Source of the DNA: a virus
IMG/VR virus record: IMGVR_UViG_3300042887_003609
Coordinates: 10,485-74,484 of that record
Strand: one strand, 5' to 3'
Length of the DNA stretch: 64,000 nt
Both the position numbers and the translations under genes were made by a program. Every line of letters begins with the position of its first letter. The stretch's first letter is position 1. Below, in pieces: positions 57,378 to 64,000 of this stretch. The notes below the pieces were generated by a model that did not search any database, was not told where the DNA came from, and saw nothing but the letters and a program-made list of their open reading frames with translations.

Positions 57378-58385
57378 TTACCAATTTACTTCTACTTTTG
57401 CTACAAGCTGATCAGTAATATCTTGATTGATAGGGTTTTTCATAAACTCAACCACATCAGCAAGATTTCTACCAAGCATTGTGCTAGAAGATAAATGGTA
57501 AATAAAACCATCTGGCTTAGTTACAATGTATTTGTAGTAAGCCGCATCTTTAGCCACTGCTTTTAATTTCAGTGTAGCTAGATCGTGTCCAGCAGCTTCC
57601 AAGAATCTTTCAGCAGTAAGTTTTTTATTTCTTTCTACTGTTTCACCATTGATGTATCTGTCCATATTATCATACATTACATCATTTGGTGTATTCTTTT
57701 TGTACTGAATACTATCTACATCAACTATCTTACATACATAAAATAGTTTATTTGCTTGTTTGTCATACATCTTTTGCAACTCAGCCAAAGCTTTGTTACG
57801 CATTTTCTTAAGTTCAGTTTTGATAACTACTGTTTCTTCAGCAACATCTAAATAGAACTTAGGGGGTACAGGACGTTTTCTTGCATCATCATAGCTTTTA
57901 GCTACAATTACAAAACCTCCTGCATTGATTGCATAGAACTTAATAAGATCATAAGGATCTTTATCTGGTTCAAGGTATAAGGGTTCATTGCCACAACGTA
58001 CAATAATCTTATCCCAAAATTCAGAGTTACTTGGTTTAAGCAACTGAATTTTATTCCAGAAATCTTTATCCTCCGGATCTACTACATTAGAAGCTAGTTC
58101 TTTCTCAAGTTGAGAAACAACTTTTCTAATCTCTCTTGCTTTAGCTTCTCTTTCATCTTCTGGTAGTAACTTTACTTCAGGAGCAAATTCATTTAGTCCT
58201 GTAATGTAACGCTTCACACCATTAATTTCTAGACAAGCTAGTTGTTCTTCATGAAATACTCCGTCAAACAGAGATAATCCATACTTTTCTAATCCCATGT
58301 TAGACACACTTTTATCAAAAAAGGGTCTAACAGCAATCTTCCCAGCTTTATTCTGGGGATACTTTTCTACTAATGTAAAACTCAT
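57378..58385 (-). CDS. Conserved capsid-module protein (crAss-like, downstream of MCP)
   Basis: 335 aa, RYITGL...FW...; expected position in the crAss-like capsid module. Confidence 0.55.
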   Translation of the reverse strand: MSFTLVEKYPQNKAGKIAVRPFFDKSVSNMGLEKYGLSLFDGVFHEEQLACLEINGVKRYITGLNEFAPEVKLLPEDEREAKAREIRKVVSQLEKELASNVVDPEDKDFWNKIQLLKPSNSEFWDKIIVRCGNEPLYLEPDKDPYDLIKFYAINAGGFVIVAKSYDDARKRPVPPKFYLDVAEETVVIKTELKKMRNKALAELQKMYDKQANKLFYVCKIVDVDSIQYKKNTPNDVMYDNMDRYINGETVERNKKLTAERFLEAAGHDLATLKLKAVAKDAAYYKYIVTKPDGFIYHLSSSTMLGRNLADVVEFMKNPINQDITDQLVAKVEVNW

Positions 58386-58403
58386 TGGTTTAAATTGTTG
58401 GTT

Positions 58404-58418
58404 CTAATAATAATATAG
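58404..58418 (-). promoter_or_regulatory. Putative late promoter followed by an AACCAACAA/AAACCA leader
   Basis: CTATATTATTATTAG followed by AACCAACAATTTAAACCAATG. Confidence 0.5.
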
Positions 58419-58451
58419 TCAAAAATAATTAAAAATAATTACTTTATCTTA

Positions 58452-59474
58452 TTAATTTAAGAAAGACATGGTTTGTACAACAGATGCAGAAGCCGCAGCT
58501 CTTAATCTTTTTGTCATAGGTGTACTAGATGTCATTCTTAATTCTATTTCAACAGAATATTGATTTCCAATTGAATAGACAGATGTAATATTGCTTAATG
58601 CACTATCTCCAAAATTACTTATAGTTTGTTTAAATAAAGATATATTACCAAATTGATCTCTTTTAGTAACAATCATATCTGTACCACCTCTAACAGGTCT
58701 ATTAGGACCAGAGTTGGTTACATCTTTTACAATCCAGTTTACAGTTATACCCCAGTACATACCACCATATAACATTGCAAGATTTGTTCCAAGATCCATA
58801 CGTCCTGAAATATTACCTTCCAATTGTAAACGCATATCAACTGCAGTAATACCTGGAGTAGTAGATATAGTTTCTTCTGCCGTAAGTAATACTTCTGATT
58901 CTTGAACTTGTACAGAAGTGTACGCATAAGGTTTAGGAAAATCAGTTGAGTATGCATAAGCATTCTTAATTACTTCCTGTGAAAATATTGCAAATGGAAA
59001 AACACCACCTAATAAAACAGCACCTTTTGGTTGTGCATTTTCTGCAGATACTGGAGTTCCAATGTTATAACTTTCACAACCAAGTACTGTTACTTGTACG
59101 GCATCATTATTTCCACCATTAAACCAGTTACCATTTTTTCCAAAAACATAGATGTAATCATTAGCTAAGTTATTGTTACTTCCAATAATCCATGAATAAG
59201 CACTATCTAATTCATTATTATTACCATAAACTAATGAACCTGAACCATTAACAATATTTAAAGTTCCACCTACAATATTAAAATCACCAGTTACTAAATT
59301 TTCTTGTCCAGCTACTACAGTACTATAATTACCGCTAACTTCATTAGCTATTCCTGCTAAAATACTGGCACCTTCTCCTGATGCTACTTGATCAGAAGAA
59401 ATTCTATCAAACTGAGTATCAACAGAATACTGTCCTCTACTGTTGCCATTGGTATCTGTTACAAATTTAGACAT
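58452..59474 (-). CDS. Short fibre/decoration protein, paralogue of the giant fibres
   Basis: RGQYSVDTQ...QVASG module, a few Gly/Asn repeats and the shared C-terminal domain. Confidence 0.7.
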   Translation of the reverse strand: MSKFVTDTNGNSRGQYSVDTQFDRISSDQVASGEGASILAGIANEVSGNYSTVVAGQENLVTGDFNIVGGTLNIVNGSGSLVYGNNNELDSAYSWIIGSNNNLANDYIYVFGKNGNWFNGGNNDAVQVTVLGCESYNIGTPVSAENAQPKGAVLLGGVFPFAIFSQEVIKNAYAYSTDFPKPYAYTSVQVQESEVLLTAEETISTTPGITAVDMRLQLEGNISGRMDLGTNLAMLYGGMYWGITVNWIVKDVTNSGPNRPVRGGTDMIVTKRDQFGNISLFKQTISNFGDSALSNITSVYSIGNQYSVEIELRMTSSTPMTKRLRAAASASVVQTMSFLN

Positions 59475-59476
59475 AC

Positions 59477-60460
59477 TTATGATGTTTTAAGTTCAACAAT
59501 TTTAAGTTTTGCAGTTGCTCTAAATGCTGTAGGAGTTGACACAGAGAATGGAGACGGTGCATAAACTGTTGCAATAAAATTTACTGGAGCTACTGAAGTA
59601 TATGCTATACTTACTTGACTTACAAATGCAGGATCACCAATTTTAGTAATACTATTAGTTGTATTTAATCTAACAACATTAGATTGTTTATCAACAATTA
59701 CAAGATCTTTACCAGCAATAATCTTACTATTTGTTACATCAACAATAGTATAATCAACAGTAATGTGCCAAGCTTTATCATCACCAAACATTACAACTTG
59801 ATTAGTAAGTGATGCAGCTGCACCATCTAATGATAATGCAAATGAAGTAAATGTAGAACCACCTGGAGTACCGGGTCCAAAATATTGCTCACGCATCAAC
59901 ATTAATTCAGATGCTTGTAATGTAGCAGGTTCAGTACCACCACCACTATATTGTGAACCTCTTGCATTAGTTACAACTTGTCCAGGTAAGTAAGCAAATG
60001 CAGAACTACCCCCTAACACCAAAGAATAAGGTGCAGTAGGACCAGTTGCAGAAGCTTGGCTTCCAATAATTGCGCTACCTAACCCATAAGTAACGTTACC
60101 AATACCAATTGCAACACTACCTTCAGCTTCAGTTCTATTTTCAAGACCAATACAAACTGATTGATCAGATAAAGCTAAATTAGCACCACCAATTGTCAAT
60201 GTTGTATCCCCAACAGATGTGTTACCAGTTCCGCCTGAAATAGAATTATTACCACTAGCCCAGTTTCCAAATCCACCTAATACAGATGAAAAATATCCAC
60301 TAGCTTTATTACTACCTCCACCTGCAATTAAAGAAGCTTCTCCTGAAGCAACTTGTGTAGCATCAGTTCTTATAAACTGTAGATCTGTAGACTTATCACC
60401 TCTTAGGTTACCATAAACTACACTTCCACTAACTGCGTTTTGTACTGAAAATTTTGACAT
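59477..60460 (-). CDS. Short fibre/decoration protein, paralogue of the giant fibres
   Basis: RGDKSTDLQ...QVASG module, YadA-like repeats and LQASEL...LSLDG...WHITV C-terminal domain. Confidence 0.7.
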   Translation of the reverse strand: MSKFSVQNAVSGSVVYGNLRGDKSTDLQFIRTDATQVASGEASLIAGGGSNKASGYFSSVLGGFGNWASGNNSISGGTGNTSVGDTTLTIGGANLALSDQSVCIGLENRTEAEGSVAIGIGNVTYGLGSAIIGSQASATGPTAPYSLVLGGSSAFAYLPGQVVTNARGSQYSGGGTEPATLQASELMLMREQYFGPGTPGGSTFTSFALSLDGAAASLTNQVVMFGDDKAWHITVDYTIVDVTNSKIIAGKDLVIVDKQSNVVRLNTTNSITKIGDPAFVSQVSIAYTSVAPVNFIATVYAPSPFSVSTPTAFRATAKLKIVELKTS

Positions 60461-60462
60461 AA

Positions 60463-61041
60463 TTATAATGCGGTTTGAGTAATACTTACAGTTGCAGTAG
60501 TTGCAAAATTAATTCCTGATGCAGTAGTAGGGGCTTTAAATGTAACTAAAAGATTTTGTGAAGCACCTATTCCAAATTGTACTTGAGCAGTAGACATACT
60601 ATCATCATAACTAGAAATAGCTTGGTTTACACCAACTACAGAAGATGTACCGTTTACACGCTTAAATGTAAGTACAAATTTACCTCCATAACTATCTCCA
60701 ATTGAAATAGCACCACTTGCCGTTTTAGCTACTGCAGAAAAATCTACAGTAACTTGCCATACACAGTTACTCAAAATTGGAATTAACAATGGGGTAGCTG
60801 CTTGCAAATATGCAGTTTCAGGATATTGATTTAAAACTGGATCCTGTATTCTAGTAAGATCCGTAGTATCTCCACTAGAAAGTACTATTGTTTTATTAAT
60901 TGTTTCAGGTAAATATGTGTTAAGATAATTAACAACACGGTTTACGTGACCTAATCTTGCAGGTTGCTTGTCTGCATCTGTTGTGCCTACACCTGTAACC
61001 CACAGGTCAGGTCTAGCTATAATAAATTTACTTATTGCCAT
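60463..61041 (-). CDS. Fibre-family protein (anchor plus tip domain, no repeats)
   Basis: N-terminal PD...ARLGHVN module and LLIP...WQVTV...FKRVNGTS C-terminal domain, both shared with the 1259-aa fibre. Confidence 0.65.
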   Translation of the reverse strand: MAISKFIIARPDLWVTGVGTTDADKQPARLGHVNRVVNYLNTYLPETINKTIVLSSGDTTDLTRIQDPVLNQYPETAYLQAATPLLIPILSNCVWQVTVDFSAVAKTASGAISIGDSYGGKFVLTFKRVNGTSSVVGVNQAISSYDDSMSTAQVQFGIGASQNLLVTFKAPTTASGINFATTATVSITQTAL

Positions 61042-61067
61042 AATTGTATTTTTTTATTTTTTAATTA

Positions 61068-61790
61068 TTATGCAGAAACATATTTAACTCTATTTCCATC
61101 TGCTGGATCATACCACATAGCTCCAATAGGTAAACCAACTGCACTTGATGGTAAAGCTGTTACTACAATTCTATTAGCATGAAATGCACATTCCATTCTA
61201 GAAGTAATATTACAACCTTGTACAGAAGAATAAGGATGGCAAGCTACGTTACCTTGTCCACCAAAAATTGATGTATATATACTAGCAGCTATATTTTGTT
61301 GACCACCTAATATTGATGAGTATAAACCTTTTACTGTATTACATTCACCACCACCAATAAATGAACAAGCACCTGTAGTGCAGTTACCAATACCACCAAC
61401 TACAGAACTAAACACGCTTGCAGATTTGTTAAGCGCACCACCAAGAATAGAAGAACCATAACCCGAAGCAGTATTATCATATCCACCACCTACAAAATCT
61501 CCCTCATTTAATGCAATATTACAAAGACCACCACCAACAAAAGAATGAGATCCTGTAGCACAGTTAGTTTGTCCTCCGAGTGAAGCAGAATACAAACCTG
61601 CTGCAATATTATCAACTGAAGATCTTACAGATGATTTAAAACCCGATCCTTCTTGATAAATACTAGGAGCGCAACCAGCATTGATATTATCTACTAATCT
61701 GTTTAAGTGTCCAAGTTTTGCTAAAGTTAAATCCGAATCCTGTCTAATATCTAGATCAGGTGATGTAGGGAAAAATTTTTCTATTGTCAT
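61068..61790 (-). CDS. Short Gly/Cys repeat fibre protein
   Basis: SPD...AKLGHLN N-terminus, about 9 repeats and an ECAFHAN...LPSSAVGL C-terminus like that of the 1596-aa fibre. Confidence 0.7.
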   Translation of the reverse strand: MTIEKFFPTSPDLDIRQDSDLTLAKLGHLNRLVDNINAGCAPSIYQEGSGFKSSVRSSVDNIAAGLYSASLGGQTNCATGSHSFVGGGLCNIALNEGDFVGGGYDNTASGYGSSILGGALNKSASVFSSVVGGIGNCTTGACSFIGGGECNTVKGLYSSILGGQQNIAASIYTSIFGGQGNVACHPYSSVQGCNITSRMECAFHANRIVVTALPSSAVGLPIGAMWYDPADGNRVKYVSA

Positions 61791-61813
61791 GACTTTAATT
61801 ATTTACGTTACTA

Positions 61814-61828
61814 TACACTATAATATAC
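61814..61828 (-). promoter_or_regulatory. Putative late promoter
   Basis: GTATATTATAGTGTA, downstream of the MCP terminator. Confidence 0.6.
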
Positions 61829-61847
61829 AAATAAAGTTTTGTAAAAT

Positions 61848-61884
61848 AAAAAAACCCGTAGAAATTAATCCACGGGTTTTTTTT
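61848..61884 (-). terminator. Intrinsic terminator after MCP (potentially bidirectional)
   Basis: AAAACCCGT-GGATTAATTTCT-ACGGGTTTTTTT. Confidence 0.85.
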
Positions 61885-61900
61885 ATACAGAAGGTTTTTA

Positions 61901-63520
61901 TTAGAAAGAACCTCCGGTGATAGGATTGCGCATTACAATCTTCAATACTTTTGTAGGGTCTTTTACCCATACAGCAGGCATTGTCTGACTCATGAATACA
62001 CGGTATCCATTGAATTGACCAGAAGATTGGAAACCTTGGGTACGACCCATGTAATCCATAGTACCATTTTGGTAGAACCACTTCAATTGATTATCCCAAG
62101 CAAGTTTCAACATGTAAATGTTATCATTTACGTTGTCAGTTACATCAAAGATAACAAAGTTGTAAGAAGACAAAGGATTACCATCAATAATAGGATTCTC
62201 AATATCATTGGTATGCAAGTTATCAAACGCAGGGTTCAATACAAACTTAACGTTAGCCAAGAAAGGAATAACGTAGCTAGTGTATGCATAACCAAAGTTC
62301 AAGTCCATTCCTTTACCAGAAATAGCCCCGATATCTGCAGCCTGAATAACCAAACCAGATTGGATAGCTTCACGCTTGATAGCATCATTAACAAGCTTCA
62401 TACCACCAATACCAGTTTGAACTACCAACTGACGCTTTGGATCTGGACCTTTAAATTCAACTTTACCAGCATAGAAGTTATAAAGTTCAGATTTGAACAA
62501 ATCTAAGTTAAAGCTAGACTTATTGTAGATACGCTTGAAAGAGTTATCCAACTGCTTCCACAAACCCACAGAAAGACGTACATCATCTGGACCATCTTGC
62601 TTAATCTTACCACCTTGTCCCCACATCAAATAAGTTTCAATGTCAGAAGCAATTTTGGTCAAGTGAGCAGCTTCCATCTTAGTCAAGAAAGAACGTGACA
62701 AATCACCATTATCAAATGCACGCTTAACTGCATCTTTACCCATGATTTGAACCATAGATTCCAAACTAGTAATAGAAGGATCAGAAGTAGTACCGAAGTT
62801 TCTCCAGATCTCAGTTACAGGAACAGTACCATCAGCATTCATTCCACCTTTCAACATCAAGTCAGCACGACTAGATACTGAATAGTGCACGTGTGCTTCA
62901 GCTCCACCTACAAAGTTGTAGAACTCACGGAAACCTGCAGAGTATTCTCCAATATCAGAGAAACGCTCACCATACTCACCACGAGCAGAACCTTTACGGA
63001 AGATTTTAGTACCAGATGCAAGATATTTGTTATCCAAATATTTAGCATTGTCATTGTTTACCAACTGTACAGTGTAGATAAATCCATCACCAGTTGGGAT
63101 AATGTCATCAGCAGTGATGTACATTTCAACACCATTATACTTATCATAAGTAATGATGTCACCATGACCAAATGTACGCTTGTTCAATTTGATCTGGAAA
63201 GTGCTACCGTCAACACCTTTAGTTACATTAGCAGACTGGATGTCTTCAATGATGTAAGGAAGGTCTTGAGCTACAGGTACTTGCCACTTGTACTCACCTC
63301 TGTGGTTGTCAACATTGATAATGTTTTTACCACCAAAACTAGAAAATTGATACAGAGGCATTTCTACCTTCTGAGTCATAGCCCAAAGATCTACAGGACC
63401 CATATCCATAGGTTCTGCACTCTTAAGCATGTTCACTAAATGGTATGAATCTACGTGTGAGCTAGCCTTGTAGCTGGTATCACGTAGGAAAATACCGTTG
63501 TTCAAACTTGGAGTTGCCAT
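61901..63520 (-). CDS. Major capsid protein (crAss-like, HK97 fold)
   Basis: 539 aa, strongly optimised codons, EYKW, YTVQL, IETYLMWG...GLWKQL, VQTG.GG and C-terminal VWVKDPTK; followed by a strong terminator. Confidence 0.85.
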   Translation of the reverse strand: MATPSLNNGIFLRDTSYKASSHVDSYHLVNMLKSAEPMDMGPVDLWAMTQKVEMPLYQFSSFGGKNIINVDNHRGEYKWQVPVAQDLPYIIEDIQSANVTKGVDGSTFQIKLNKRTFGHGDIITYDKYNGVEMYITADDIIPTGDGFIYTVQLVNNDNAKYLDNKYLASGTKIFRKGSARGEYGERFSDIGEYSAGFREFYNFVGGAEAHVHYSVSSRADLMLKGGMNADGTVPVTEIWRNFGTTSDPSITSLESMVQIMGKDAVKRAFDNGDLSRSFLTKMEAAHLTKIASDIETYLMWGQGGKIKQDGPDDVRLSVGLWKQLDNSFKRIYNKSSFNLDLFKSELYNFYAGKVEFKGPDPKRQLVVQTGIGGMKLVNDAIKREAIQSGLVIQAADIGAISGKGMDLNFGYAYTSYVIPFLANVKFVLNPAFDNLHTNDIENPIIDGNPLSSYNFVIFDVTDNVNDNIYMLKLAWDNQLKWFYQNGTMDYMGRTQGFQSSGQFNGYRVFMSQTMPAVWVKDPTKVLKIVMRNPITGGSF

Positions 63521-63548
63521 AATTTATATTATATTTTAAATTGTTTGC

Positions 63549-64000
63549 TTATCTTGAAAAGATGTTCTTCTGTCTTGGTAACTTACGAGACATCTTTGAT
63601 TCTTTTTCTTCTGGTACACTAGATGCTATTCTATTAGATTGTTCAGTCTTTAACTGTCTAACAGTGCTTTCTACTGTTTTATTTTTGCCTATAGACATAA
63701 TCTTTTCTTTATATCCATTTGGATCCGATAGTAACCAAAGTGCCTCAGCAATTAAGCCATGGTTTGGTTCTACAAACTGATACTTCTCCAACAAGTGTCC
63801 AAGCAAGTTTGTATTTTTACCAGATATTGAAGGATAGCTTGGTTGTACTAAACCAGAATAAAGTGCTGCTTGAGTTTTCTTATCAAGCTTAATACCACTT
63901 ATTTCTCCTGGTTCAAGTGCTTTATATACACTATCCATATATTGTTCAGCTGCTGCTTGCTGTTGCATTTTTAAATGCTCTTGTTCAGCAAGTTTTCTTT
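63549..64000 (-). CDS. C-terminal part of the gene upstream of MCP (scaffold/gene-77-like), 5'-truncated by the window
   Basis: The frame stays open beyond 63968 to the window end (RKLAEQEHLKMQQQ); helical and charged. Confidence 0.65.
   Translation of the reverse strand, partial: RKLAEQEHLKMQQQAAAEQYMDSVYKALEPGEISGIKLDKKTQAALYSGLVQPSYPSISGKNTNLLGHLLEKYQFVEPNHGLIAEALWLLSDPNGYKEKIMSIGKNKTVESTVRQLKTEQSNRIASSVPEEKESKMSRKLPRQKNIFSR

Noticed and set aside
4463-63780. All plus-strand ORFs and the short alternative-frame minus-strand ORFs in the track (e.g. 40033..40605, 62015..62506, 62885..63439, 61818..62081)
   Set aside because: They are shadows of long, well-supported minus-strand genes. The Pro-rich ones are the antisense of Gly repeats, and 61818..62081 runs through a terminator.
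1-64000. Stop-codon reassignment (TAG/TGA), known in some crAss-like phages
   Set aside because: Coding density is near complete under the standard code, with ORFs up to 14 kb. TAG (35879, 53726) and TGA (41929, 43008, 43475) fall at coupled gene junctions.
1-64000. tRNA or rRNA genes
   Set aside because: Intergenic gaps are short and accounted for by promoters and terminators; no cloverleaf or T-loop signature was seen.

Overview
An AT-rich (roughly 30% GC) 64 kb segment of a crAss-like (Crassvirales-related, Bacteroidota-infecting) dsDNA phage, covering the late/virion module. All credible genes are on the minus strand. In transcription order (right to left): a partial gene upstream of the capsid gene; the major capsid protein; four small paralogous fibre/decoration proteins; conserved capsid-module genes, including a Dps/ferritin-like gene; Cys-rich structural proteins; two giant Gly/Asn/Cys repeat fibres flanking a glycosyltransferase-sulfotransferase-APS kinase-HNH-nucleotidyltransferase-DUF2061 operon; a metallophosphoesterase; an HU/IHF-like protein; tail ring/tubular and muzzle-like proteins; three modular proteins punctuated by xxxGG motifs; an ejection protein; a 4683-aa virion RNA polymerase (DFDVD, plus a zincin motif); and a truncated giant polyvalent protein (ART-like, degenerate zincin and PD-(D/E)xK domains) that the ORF track missed. 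A recurrent putative late-promoter motif (TATATT-N5/6-TGTA) and several intrinsic terminators are visible. Most notable: (1) an apparently self-contained PAPS-synthesis/sulfation plus glycosylation operon between the fibres, with a candidate 115-aa minimal ATP sulfurylase; (2) di-glycine-punctuated candidate polyproteins; (3) a promoter- and terminator-bounded two-hairpin small RNA whose loop is antisense to AACCAA(CAA) leaders of phage genes. All family names come from recognising motifs by eye, not from database searches.
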